Below, in pieces: positions 15,039 to 23,764 of a stretch of DNA of 64,000 nt. The DNA comes from Polyangiales bacterium (GTDB taxonomy: Bacteria > Myxococcota_A > Polyangia > Polyangiales > Ga0077539): the NCBI GenBank assembly GCA_044229975.1, contig JBGARZ010000009.1:91947-155946 (forward strand), read 5' to 3'. Position numbers and translations under genes: made by a program. How positions within the stretch are numbered: the first letter of the stretch is position 1; each line of letters begins with the position of its first letter. The notes beneath the pieces are model-generated. The model worked only from the letters and a program-made list of their open reading frames with translations, searched no databases and had not been told where the DNA came from.

Positions 15039-16268
15039 TCACCCGTACATCCACCGCCCGCGTTCGCCCGCCCGCCACTCGGCCATCCGCTCGCTCCCGA
15101 CCCTCATCAGCTCCTCCACGCTGGCCCCTGCGTCGATCCCCTCGCGCACCCGTTCGTCGCCGGTCAGCAGGTCCACCGCGGGCACGTCGTCGACGAACTC
15201 ATACCGCTCCGTCCGCCACCCGAAGCCCTCCATCCGTCGGCACGCCCGCAGCGCCGCCAAGTACGCCCGATACGGCGCAAACGCCCGCTCGTCCGTCACG
15301 TGCACCTGCACCCCCTGGCACGTCGCCCCCGCGTGCTTCTGGAACATCGGCCGGAAGCTCATCGCCCGCGCCGTCATCCCGCCACCGCCCTCGCTCATCA
15401 ACGCCGCCGCCAGCACCGCACCGTCCACCCACGGCGCGCCAAACACCTCGAACGGCCGCGTCGTCCCCCTGCCCTCCGACAGATTCGTCCCCTCCAACAA
15501 GCACCCGCCCGGATACACCACTGCCGTGTCCGGCGTCGGCATGTTGGGCGACGGCAGCACCCACAGCAGCCCCGTGTCCGCCCAGCGCATCGACCGCGCC
15601 CACCCCTCCATCGGCACCACCGTCACGTTCGCGAGCGACTCCTCCCGCGCGCGCCACGCCACCACCTCACCCAGCGTCAGCCCGTGCCGCACCGGAACCG
15701 CCTCCAACCCCACGAACGACCGCAACTCCGCCCGTTGCGGAGAGCCCTCCACCACGTCGCCACCCAGCGGGTTGGGCCGATCGCACACCAGCACCTCCAC
15801 TCCCTTCGCCGCGCACGCCCGCGCCATCAGCACGGCCGTCCACACGAAGGTGTAGTACCGCGAGCCCACGTCCTGGAGGTCGATGACCACGGCGTCCAAC
15901 CCGTCCAGCCACTCGCTCCGCGGCGTCAGCGACGAATACTCCGCCCCGTAAAGCGAGTACGCCCGCACACCGACTCCACCGCCGCCGTCCGCGACGCCCT
16001 CCATGTCCTGCGCCTCGCCGCCCACGCCGTGCTCCGGCCCGAAGAGCGCCGTCACCCGCGCGCCCGCCGCCGTCAGCACCTCCCGCGCGTGCCGCAGCTC
16101 CGACGTCACGCTCGCCGGGTGCGCCAGCAGCCCCACCGCGCGACCCCTCACCCGCCCGGTCTGCGCGGTCGCCAGCACCTCCAGGCCCGTTTGTACGCGC
16201 GCGCCCATCACAGCAACCCGTCGAGGATGCGCGTCAGCCGCTCGTCGCCGCCCGCGGGCGGTTCCCAC
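15039..16268 (-). CDS. DUF1343 family protein (NamZ-like exo-beta-N-acetylmuramidase family)
   Basis: About 400 aa. LQDVGSRYYTFVWT matches the DUF1343 'DIQDVGxRFYTY' signature. N-terminal extent is uncertain; an internal Met at residue 21 is possible. Confidence 0.55.
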   Translation of the reverse strand: MGTARGRRRAADAHPRRVAVMGARVQTGLEVLATAQTGRVRGRAVGLLAHPASVTSELRHAREVLTAAGARVTALFGPEHGVGGEAQDMEGVADGGGGVGVRAYSLYGAEYSSLTPRSEWLDGLDAVVIDLQDVGSRYYTFVWTAVLMARACAAKGVEVLVCDRPNPLGGDVVEGSPQRAELRSFVGLEAVPVRHGLTLGEVVAWRAREESLANVTVVPMEGWARSMRWADTGLLWVLPSPNMPTPDTAVVYPGGCLLEGTNLSEGRGTTRPFEVFGAPWVDGAVLAAALMSEGGGGMTARAMSFRPMFQKHAGATCQGVQVHVTDERAFAPYRAYLAALRACRRMEGFGWRTERYEFVDDVPAVDLLTGDERVREGIDAGASVEELMRVGSERMAEWRAGERGRWMYG

Positions 16269-16404
16269 GCCACTACCATCACGGCCACGCCCTCCGAGCG
16301 CGGCCCCTCCGCCAACGCCTCCAAGCCCAACTGAACCACTCCCGCTCTTACACCGAAGGTCCCGTACGCGTCCTGCTCGTGCTCGTCGTCTCTGCTCACG
16401 TCGC

Positions 16405-17946
16405 TCACCCTTCCTCCGGCAGCAGCGCCAGCGCCGCCGTCACCGCGGACGTGTGGTCGGGCATCACGTTCACCCCCAGCGCCGTGAGCGCCGCCACCAC
16501 CGTCGACCGCCGCTGCACGTCGTCGTCCGTCCCCACCACCACGGCCACCACCGAGATCTCGCCGCCTCGCGAACGCGATCGCTCCTTCACCGCCGTCAGC
16601 GCGTCGCGCATCGCGCCCACCGGGTCGGGCTGCGCGCCGTAGCCCAGCACCACGTCGAGCAGCAGCACCGCCACCGCCTCGTCGTTGGCCGCGTTGTAGA
16701 TCGCATCGACGCGCAGCGACGGATCCATCGCCGCCGGCGCGCGACCGCGCGTGTACTCCGCGTCGCCGAGGTCGAGCAGGTGGTGGCCCGCCATGCGGAA
16801 GCGCGAGCTGCGGGCGACGCCCTCTACGGACAGGTTCGTCGTCAGCGGCGCGAGGTGACGGCAGCGCTCGACGGCCTCCGCGCAGAGCGTTCCGCCCACG
16901 TACAACGCCCGCAGCCACCGTTGCGACGGCGCGTACGCCGGGCGCACCACCGACGGCATCACCCACGGTTCGACCCGCACGCCCGACGCCTCGGCCGCCC
17001 GCCACGCCGCGTCCGCGATGGACGTCGCCCAGGTCACACCCGCCACCGCTGGGAGCTTCGTCTCGCCCAACAGACACGCGACCACCGGCCGCCCCGTCGC
17101 CCCGGCCCGCTCCACCGCCCGCAGCGCCACCTCGCGCGAACACCGCCGCGCCAGCAGCACCAGCACCTTCGTCGATGCGTCGCTCGCGAGGCGATCGAGC
17201 GCCGTCAGCGTCGTGCGTCCGCCCACCGCCTCCGTGAGGTCGCGATCGCCCGTCCCGACCGCGTGCGACACGCCGGCGCCCAATCGGTGCAGCAGCGTGG
17301 TGAGCTCCTGCATGCCCGTCCCCGAGGCCGCGACCACGCCGACGTCCCCGCGCCTCAACGCGTTGGCGAAGCCCAGCGGAACCCCATCCAACAACGCCCC
17401 ACCACACTCCGGTCCCATCACCATCAACCCGCGCGCGTCGGCCAGGGTCTTGAGCGAGACCTCCTCCTCCACCGTCACGCCGTCGCTGGTCAGCAGCACC
17501 GAGAGGCCGTGCTCCAGCGCGCGCTTCGCCTCTCGCGCCGCGAAGGGACCCGGCACCGACACCACCGCCAGCCGACTCTCGGGCTGCCGCGCCAACGCCT
17601 GCGACAGCGTCCGCGGCGCGTCGTCCGACGGGACACCGTGACCCGCCAGCGCCCCTGCCACGGGGCGCGCCGAGAGCCACGCGTCGCAACGCTCGATGGC
17701 CGCCGTCGCCGCGGCGTCGTCGCGGGCCGTCAACAACACCAGCAGGTCGCCCGGCTTCGGCGTCGTGGGCCAATGGTCGGGCGCCATGCCCATCTTCCGC
17801 AGCACGTCCTGGTTGCCCGCCGTCCCCATCATCGCGACCACCCGCTGAACGCCGTCCAGCGTCTCGATGTGTCGGGTGAGCGCCAGCAGCGTTCCCGCGT
17901 CGCGGTACTCGCTCGCGCGAATCATCGCCCGCCGCGTCGCGCTCAT
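16405..17946 (-). CDS. FdrA family protein (CoA-binding, succinyl-CoA synthetase alpha-like)
   Basis: About 514 aa from the ATG at 17946 (MSATRRAMIRASEYRDAGTLL...). CoA-binding and ligase-CoA domains are present (VVAASGTGMQELTTLLHRLGAGVSHAVGTGDRD). Confidence 0.75.
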   Translation of the reverse strand: MSATRRAMIRASEYRDAGTLLALTRHIETLDGVQRVVAMMGTAGNQDVLRKMGMAPDHWPTTPKPGDLLVLLTARDDAAATAAIERCDAWLSARPVAGALAGHGVPSDDAPRTLSQALARQPESRLAVVSVPGPFAAREAKRALEHGLSVLLTSDGVTVEEEVSLKTLADARGLMVMGPECGGALLDGVPLGFANALRRGDVGVVAASGTGMQELTTLLHRLGAGVSHAVGTGDRDLTEAVGGRTTLTALDRLASDASTKVLVLLARRCSREVALRAVERAGATGRPVVACLLGETKLPAVAGVTWATSIADAAWRAAEASGVRVEPWVMPSVVRPAYAPSQRWLRALYVGGTLCAEAVERCRHLAPLTTNLSVEGVARSSRFRMAGHHLLDLGDAEYTRGRAPAAMDPSLRVDAIYNAANDEAVAVLLLDVVLGYGAQPDPVGAMRDALTAVKERSRSRGGEISVVAVVVGTDDDVQRRSTVVAALTALGVNVMPDHTSAVTAALALLPEEG

Positions 17947-19178
17947 CGCAGGCCCCGCTCGGACGCGAAATGCTCGATGGCCTTGGTGAAGCACTCCAGC
18001 GGAACCCTCGTGAGCCCCGCCCCCACGCCCGCCCGCCCCGCCTCGCGGTGCGCGATGGCCGCCCCGATCACCGGAAGTATCCCCGTGTCGAGCACCCGCC
18101 GCGCGTCGACGCCCACCGGCGCTCCCGCGGAGTCCAACGCCGCCACCGTGTACCGCGGGTGCCTCGCGACCGTGATCTCTCCCATGTCGAGCGTGACGCG
18201 CATCCCGTCCGCGTGCCGGGTGCCAAAGCGGGCATGCAACGCCGGCGCGCCCGCCAGCACGAAGGCCCCGAGCCCCGCCGTCTCGCCGATGGCCGAGTCA
18301 CCCACGTCGCCTCCCGCGTCGTCCCCCTCGACCCCGTCGGCGAGTCGTCCCCGCACCGTCGGCGCCAGGGCCGTAAACCAACGCTCGCCCGTCCCCGACA
18401 GCCGCACCCCGCAGCGCGCCCCGTTGCGGCTCATCGCCGTCACCACCGTGCTGTCCTCTACGCCGTGCGCCGCGTCGCACGCCAGTTTCGCCGCCGCCAG
18501 CGAGAGCGCCTGCGAGAGACCGCTCGCCGGGCCCTCGGCCCGCGCAAGGGCCGCCAGCGTCCCCGCGTGCGACAGCGCCGCGAGCAACCGCCCGTCCGCC
18601 GCCTGCGTGCGGTGCACCAGGTCGTCCCCCTCGTGCAGCGCCTCGGTCACCACGTCGTCGAAAAACACCCCGCCTCCCCGTCGCAGCGCGTCGTCCACGG
18701 CCGGCGCGAGGTCGTCTCGCCACGCGCGCCTCCGCCCCACGGCCTCGTCGTCGAAGGCCCCGAGGTCGGTGCGCGGCGACTCGATCAGCGCCCACGCCGT
18801 CGCCCCCTGACGCGTACCCGGCTCCCACTCCTCCACCACGCACACCGGGGTGTTGGGAGACCCGACGCCCGCGAGCGCGCCAACACCACCCGCGTGGTGG
18901 TTGGGACGCAGCGTGACCTCGGCCCGATCGAGCATCGCGCGCGCCTCGGCAGGCGTCGCGGCCCACCCCTCGAAGAGCACCGCGGCGAGGACCGCGCCCT
19001 GCTGCGCGCCGCCCATCTCCCGCCAGAGAATCGGCGGCCCGCTGTGGGTCAGCTCGTACGCTCCGAGGTCGAGCACCACGTCGCGCAGCGCACGTACACC
19101 GACCCAGCGGGCGCGGCTCGCCGTGAGCCGCCGGACGGCCTCGGCGTTGGCGTGGTCGATGCGATCGGCGAGCCTCAT
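17943..19178 (-). CDS. DUF1116 domain protein (YlbE/AllG-like partner of FdrA)
   Basis: About 412 aa. Stop overlaps the fdrA start by 4 nt. Likely start is MRLADRI (19178) with GGAG 10 nt upstream. Colocation with FdrA is typical. Confidence 0.65.
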   Translation of the reverse strand: MRLADRIDHANAEAVRRLTASRARWVGVRALRDVVLDLGAYELTHSGPPILWREMGGAQQGAVLAAVLFEGWAATPAEARAMLDRAEVTLRPNHHAGGVGALAGVGSPNTPVCVVEEWEPGTRQGATAWALIESPRTDLGAFDDEAVGRRRAWRDDLAPAVDDALRRGGGVFFDDVVTEALHEGDDLVHRTQAADGRLLAALSHAGTLAALARAEGPASGLSQALSLAAAKLACDAAHGVEDSTVVTAMSRNGARCGVRLSGTGERWFTALAPTVRGRLADGVEGDDAGGDVGDSAIGETAGLGAFVLAGAPALHARFGTRHADGMRVTLDMGEITVARHPRYTVAALDSAGAPVGVDARRVLDTGILPVIGAAIAHREAGRAGVGAGLTRVPLECFTKAIEHFASERGLR

Positions 19179-19293
19179 GGTGGGGCTCCGGGGGCTCTGA
19201 CTCATACGGATCCTTGTAAGCAATGGGCGGGCGGCGGGGCGGCGCCGCGATGGTACCCGAAACTCACGCTCCACCTGTGGTACCGGTTGAGCC

Positions 19294-20439
19294 ATGGGCT
19301 ACCTGTTCGAGACCGACGAGCACCGGGAGCTGCGCGCCCAGATGGAGCGCTTCGCCTCAGCGGAGATCGCGCCACACGCCGACGCGTGGGAAGAGGCCGA
19401 GGAGTTTCCGCGCGAGCTCTACACGAAGGCCGGATCGCTGGGGCTGTTGGGTCTCGGCTACCCCGAGGCGTACGGCGGCGGCGGGGGCGACCTCTCTCAC
19501 GTCGTCGCCGCGAGCGAGTCGATGGTGCTCGCGGGTCGCTCGGTGGGCGTCACCGTCGGCCTCGGGAGCCACGGCATCGCGCTGCCTCCCATCCTCCGAT
19601 CGGGGACGGAGGCGCAGAAGCAGCGGTGGGTTCCGCCGGTGGTGCGCGGGGAGAAGATCGCGGCGCTCGCCATCACGGAGCCCGGCGGCGGCAGCGACGT
19701 GGCCAACCTGAAGACGCGCGCCGAGCGGGTCGGCGATGAGCTGGTGATCAATGGGAGCAAGACGTTCATCACGTCGGGGGTGCGGGCCGACCTGGTGACG
19801 GTGGCGGTGCGAACGGGCGGCAGCGGGCACGGCGGCGTGTCGCTGGTGGTGGTCGAGCGCGGCACCCCGGGGTTTACCGTGGGTCGTAAGCTGAAGAAGA
19901 TGGGCTGGTGGGCGTCGGACACGGCGGAGCTGCACTTCGAGGACTGCCGCGTGCCGATGGAAGACGTCGTCGGCGAGGTCGACCAGGGCTTCGTGACGAT
20001 CATGCAGAACTTCGCGACGGAGCGGGTGTTTCTCGCGGCGCAGTGCGTGGCCATCGCGACGCTCGCGTACCAGGAGTCGGTCGCGTACGCGCGGGAGCGG
20101 GTGGCGTTTGGGAAGCCGCTGAGCGGCTTTCAGGTGACGCGGCACAAGCTGGCGGAGATGGCGACGCGCATCGCGGCGGCGCGGGCGCTGACGGGCGAGG
20201 TGGTGACGCGGGTGATGGCCGGCGACGTCGCGGCGACGGGCATGGCGGCGATGGCGAAAAACGTCGCGACGGACATGTGCAGCGCGGTCTGCGACGAGGC
20301 GGTGCAGATACACGGCGGGTACGGCTACATGCGCGGCTACCTGGTCGAGCGGCTCTACCGCGACGCGCGGCTGTACCCGATTGGGGGTGGCACGCGCGAG
20401 ATCATGAATGAGATCATCGGCAAGCTCGAAGGGTATTGA
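19294..20439 (+). CDS. Acyl-CoA dehydrogenase
   Basis: 381 aa with canonical ACAD N-terminal, middle and C-terminal domains (ALAITEPGGGSDVANLKTRAERVGDELVINGSKTFITSG; catalytic region IHGGYGYMRGYLVERLYRDARLYPIGGGTREI). Confidence 0.9.
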   Translation: MGYLFETDEHRELRAQMERFASAEIAPHADAWEEAEEFPRELYTKAGSLGLLGLGYPEAYGGGGGDLSHVVAASESMVLAGRSVGVTVGLGSHGIALPPILRSGTEAQKQRWVPPVVRGEKIAALAITEPGGGSDVANLKTRAERVGDELVINGSKTFITSGVRADLVTVAVRTGGSGHGGVSLVVVERGTPGFTVGRKLKKMGWWASDTAELHFEDCRVPMEDVVGEVDQGFVTIMQNFATERVFLAAQCVAIATLAYQESVAYARERVAFGKPLSGFQVTRHKLAEMATRIAAARALTGEVVTRVMAGDVAATGMAAMAKNVATDMCSAVCDEAVQIHGGYGYMRGYLVERLYRDARLYPIGGGTREIMNEIIGKLEGY

Positions 20440-20468
20440 GCACAACGGCTGAGGGAGACAGTGACGAC

Positions 20469-21416
20469 ATGAGCAAGAAGATCATCGCGGTGACCGGCGC
20501 CACGGGCGCGCAGGGCGGCGGCCTCGCCCGCGCCATTCTCGACGACGCCTCCGGGGAGTTCACGCTGCGCGCCATCACGCGCAAGCCCGACAGCGACAAG
20601 GCTCGCGCGCTCGCCGACCGCGGCGCCGAGGTGGTGGCCGCCGACCTCGACGACCAGGCCAGCCTGGAGAGGGCCTTCGCGGGCGCGTATGGGGCGTTCT
20701 GCGTGACCAACTTCTGGGAGCACTTCTCGGGCGAGAAGGAGACCGCGCAGGCCCGCTCGCTCGCGGCGGCGGCGAAGGCCGCGAAGGTCTCGCACGTGAT
20801 CTGGTCGACCTTCGAGGACACGCGCGACCTGGTGCCCCTCTCCGACGACCGGATGCCGACGCTCCACGGGAAGTACAAGGTCCCGCACTTCGACTCGAAG
20901 GGAGAGGCGAACAGCGCCTTCACCGGGTCGGGCGTGCCCACGACGCTGCTGCTCACGTCGTTCTATTGGGACAACCTGATCCACTTCGGGATGGGGCCGA
21001 AGAAGGGCGCCGACGGAAAGCTGTCGTTCGTGCTGCCGATGGCCGACAAGAAGCTCCCGGGCATCGCCGCGGGCGACATCGGCGGCTGCGCCTACGGCGT
21101 CTTCAAGCGGGGCACCGAGTTCCAGGGGAAGACCGTCGGCGTGGCGGGCGAGCACCTCACCGGCGACCAGATGGCGGCGGCGCTCTCGCAGGCGCTGGAG
21201 CAGCCCGTCTCCTACGCGTACGTCCCGCCGGAGGTGTACCGCACGTTCGGGTTCCCGGGCGCCGACGACCTGGGCAACATGTTCCAGTACAAGCGTGACT
21301 TCGAGACGCAGTACTGCGGCGCCCGCGACGTCGCCCTCTGCCGCTCGCTCAACCCGGGCCTCCAGACCTTCGCGCAGTGGCTCTCGCGCCACAAGGCGCA
21401 GATCACGGTCGGCTGA
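20469..21416 (+). CDS. NmrA-family NAD(P)-binding protein
   Basis: Start MSKKIIAVTGATGAQGGG (Rossmann GxxGxxG) with GAGGGAGA upstream. NmrA/HSCARG-like fold throughout. Confidence 0.8.
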   Translation: MSKKIIAVTGATGAQGGGLARAILDDASGEFTLRAITRKPDSDKARALADRGAEVVAADLDDQASLERAFAGAYGAFCVTNFWEHFSGEKETAQARSLAAAAKAAKVSHVIWSTFEDTRDLVPLSDDRMPTLHGKYKVPHFDSKGEANSAFTGSGVPTTLLLTSFYWDNLIHFGMGPKKGADGKLSFVLPMADKKLPGIAAGDIGGCAYGVFKRGTEFQGKTVGVAGEHLTGDQMAAALSQALEQPVSYAYVPPEVYRTFGFPGADDLGNMFQYKRDFETQYCGARDVALCRSLNPGLQTFAQWLSRHKAQITVG

Positions 21417-21460
21417 CAGAGAGCCCTCTCATTCAAGCGGGCGGTGATGTTGTCCGCCCG

Positions 21461-21707
21461 GACGCCGGAGTTCGCGTGCCCCCATGAGGCGGGGTGCAGT
21501 CGCTCACTCCGGGCTATTTCAGGTCGTCACCCCGCGACGCGGGGTTGCAGAGAATCCGCTCGTCTTCACGCCTGTGATGGGTTTGTTGAGTGAGTGGCCG
21601 CGGACACGACCCTGACCCTGCAACCCCGCGTCGCGGGGTGACGACCTGAAATAGCCCGGAGTGAGCGACTGCACCCCGCCTCATGGGGGCACGCGAACTC
21701 CGGCGTC
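21461..21707. repeat. 247-bp near-perfect palindrome (about 90-bp arms, about 67-bp loop); family copy 1
   Basis: Arms 21461-21550 and 21618-21707 are exact reverse complements (gacgccggagttcgcgtgcccccatgaggcggggtgcagtcgctcactccgggctatttcaggtcgtcaccccgcgacgcggggttgcag). Lies between the convergent genes ending at 21416 (+) and 21736 (-). Confidence 0.9.
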
Positions 21708-21735
21708 CACCGGACGAGATCACCAACCACTCAAA

Positions 21736-22383
21736 TCAGGGCACCACCGACACCGTCCGCCGGGCCACCACGTGGCCGTCCCACTCCAGCACCAGCCGAT
21801 ACTCTCCGGGCGCGGGCATCAGCGCTTCGATGATGGTTCGCGCGTCGCGCACGACGTGCCCAGCCGGGAGATCGAACCACTCGTTGACCCGCGGCCCGTT
21901 GCCAAAGGCCAGGTCGAACACCTGCGACGGAACCCCGTTGACCAGCAGCCGCAGACGATCGCGCTCGGGCTGCACCACACCGGATGAATTGTTGGTCGCG
22001 GAGATCTCCAGGCGGGTCGTCGCTCGCGCGCTCATGCGGATGCCGTCGGAGAGCGTGAGGTGCCACGTAAGCAGCGCCACCGCGGGCGGCAACGGAGTGG
22101 GGCGCGGCCGCGGCGGAGCGCCGTACGGAGCGACGATGGCGGGGTGCGCTTCGACGTACGCATCGGCGCGCGGCGGCGGGTTGGCGAGGGCCGCGCCGCG
22201 CTCGCATCCGGTGAGGGTGAGCGACGCCCCGAGGGCGACGAGCGCCGCACGCGACGCCCCGCGGGGAAGCTCCAACGACGGTGCGTCGTGAGTCACCACA
22301 AGCGCCGCGCAGAAGGGGCACCGCGCGTCCGTGGAGCGCACGTGCCGCGAGCATCCGACACACACCACCAGCATCGTCGACAT
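21736..22383 (-). CDS. Hypothetical protein with N-terminal zinc ribbon (CxxC...CxxC), a TM segment and a Pro-rich linker
   Basis: 215 aa from the ATG at 22383 (MSTMLVVCVGCSRHVRSTDARCPFCAALVV...). The upstream part of the track ORF is noise. Confidence 0.45.
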   Translation of the reverse strand: MSTMLVVCVGCSRHVRSTDARCPFCAALVVTHDAPSLELPRGASRAALVALGASLTLTGCERGAALANPPPRADAYVEAHPAIVAPYGAPPRPRPTPLPPAVALLTWHLTLSDGIRMSARATTRLEISATNNSSGVVQPERDRLRLLVNGVPSQVFDLAFGNGPRVNEWFDLPAGHVVRDARTIIEALMPAPGEYRLVLEWDGHVVARRTVSVVP

Positions 22384-22449
22384 GGCGGGCGATGATACGC
22401 GAGGGCCCGGTGGCACCACCCGATTCAGCGTGATAGTCGGACACCGGTC

Positions 22450-23154
22450 ATGGGGATTCCGTCGCTCGACAGCCCGGAGGTGCAGCGGCTCTCCATCCGG
22501 GAGGCGATCCAGCCGCAGCTCGCGCGGCTGCTGCTTCTCGTGGGTGGAGTCACCGACGCGAAGATGAAGCTCGCCATCGGTGGAGCGGTCGCCGCGCGTG
22601 ACGCCGGGTGGAGGCGCTACACCGACGACCTCGACGTCTTCGCCCGCCCCGTGAGCGCGAAGCGGCTCGTGCGCGCGCTGGCCGCCGAGGGGATGAAGAC
22701 CTTCTGGATCACCGACTCCCACGGCGTCGCGTGGCTCGAAGAGGACAACGCCGCGACCACCGCCAAGGGCGAGGCGCCCGCCGTCCGCATCGACGTGGTC
22801 AGCACCATCACCGAGCTCGAAGCCAGGGCGATCCGCACGGCCGTTGAAGCGCGCACCCTCGGCGTGCCGGTGAAGGTCTTTCGCCCCGACCATCTTGCGG
22901 CGATCAAGTTCCTCGCCGGGCGGCCGCTCGATCTCATCGACTTCGATGAGCTCATCCGACTCGGCGTCGACCTCGAACGGGTGCGCTTCATCGTCGCCAC
23001 CGCCGACGAGACCCGGGTGGCCGCGGTGATGTCCCGCGGGCGCCGTGCGCTCAAGCCGCCAGGAGTGCGAGAGAAGCAGGTCCCCTATCTCGGTCGCGCG
23101 GCCCTCGATGAAGCGTGGAAGGCGACCGCCGCCACCCGTCAGCGCTCTTCGTAG
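22450..23154 (+). CDS. Nucleotidyltransferase-fold protein (MNT/AbiEii-like motif), hypothetical
   Basis: 234 aa. KLAIGGAVAARDAGWRRYTDDLDVF fits the G[GS]x9-13Dx[DE] minimal nucleotidyltransferase signature. Family assignment is tentative. Confidence 0.4.
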   Translation: MGIPSLDSPEVQRLSIREAIQPQLARLLLLVGGVTDAKMKLAIGGAVAARDAGWRRYTDDLDVFARPVSAKRLVRALAAEGMKTFWITDSHGVAWLEEDNAATTAKGEAPAVRIDVVSTITELEARAIRTAVEARTLGVPVKVFRPDHLAAIKFLAGRPLDLIDFDELIRLGVDLERVRFIVATADETRVAAVMSRGRRALKPPGVREKQVPYLGRAALDEAWKATAATRQRSS

Positions 23155-23688
23155 TCAGGCCGACCCGCGCCCTTCCAGCACCGCGCAGTCGTCCATCGCG
23201 TCGACCATGATCGCGACCTCCTGCATCAGGTAGCGCCCCGGCCCCTGCGTCCCGCACGAGCCACACCCCGCCATCGCCGCCTGCGACGCCGCGTACATCT
23301 CCCTTGCGCGCCGCGGGTCGCCCGCGCACGCCTCGGCCAGCACCGCCAGCGCCGCCGTCTCGCCGCACCCGCCGTCGAGCGTGCGGGCCGCCTCGGCCAG
23401 CGCCGGAAGCGCGTCGTAGCGCTCCACCCGCGCGGCCATCACGGCGAGTGAGACCACGGCGTTTTTCCGTCGCAGCGTCGCCGGGTCGACGTCGTCGAGC
23501 AGCGCGTCGAGCGACGAGCGCGCCGCGGCCGGATCTTCGCCGAAGCCGAAGCCCTCCCACGCGGCCTCCACCCGCTCGTCGGCGGTGGGTCCATCGGTCG
23601 CCTTCTTGTGGTCGTGGCGCTTGTTGATCCACGACACGACCGCGGTCAGCAGCACCAACCCCATCACCAGCGCGACTGCGTTTTCCAT
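23155..23688 (-). CDS. Hypothetical single-pass membrane protein with C-terminal CGSCG motif
   Basis: About 177 aa from the ATG at 23688 (MENAVALVMGLVLLTAVVSWI...). A short TPR-like helical region follows. Confidence 0.4.
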   Translation of the reverse strand: MENAVALVMGLVLLTAVVSWINKRHDHKKATDGPTADERVEAAWEGFGFGEDPAAARSSLDALLDDVDPATLRRKNAVVSLAVMAARVERYDALPALAEAARTLDGGCGETAALAVLAEACAGDPRRAREMYAASQAAMAGCGSCGTQGPGRYLMQEVAIMVDAMDDCAVLEGRGSA

Positions 23689-23764
23689 GATGTCTGGCGG
23701 CGTTGGTACCACGAGCGATGGCGCTGTTGGCGGCCGCCACCTCCGGTACTCTCGCGGGCTCGTG

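Noticed and set aside
16003-18810. 935-aa plus-strand ORF and 521-aa ORF 16208..17773 over the FdrA/DUF1116 region
   Set aside because: Arg/Pro/His-rich noise. Frame 16405..17994 gives a clean FdrA homologue.
21530-21650. CRISPR-like look of the palindrome inner stem (gtcgtcaccccgcgacgcggggttgcag)
   Set aside because: Only two copies are present and they are inverted, not direct. There is no regular spacer array and no cas genes. It is part of the large palindrome.
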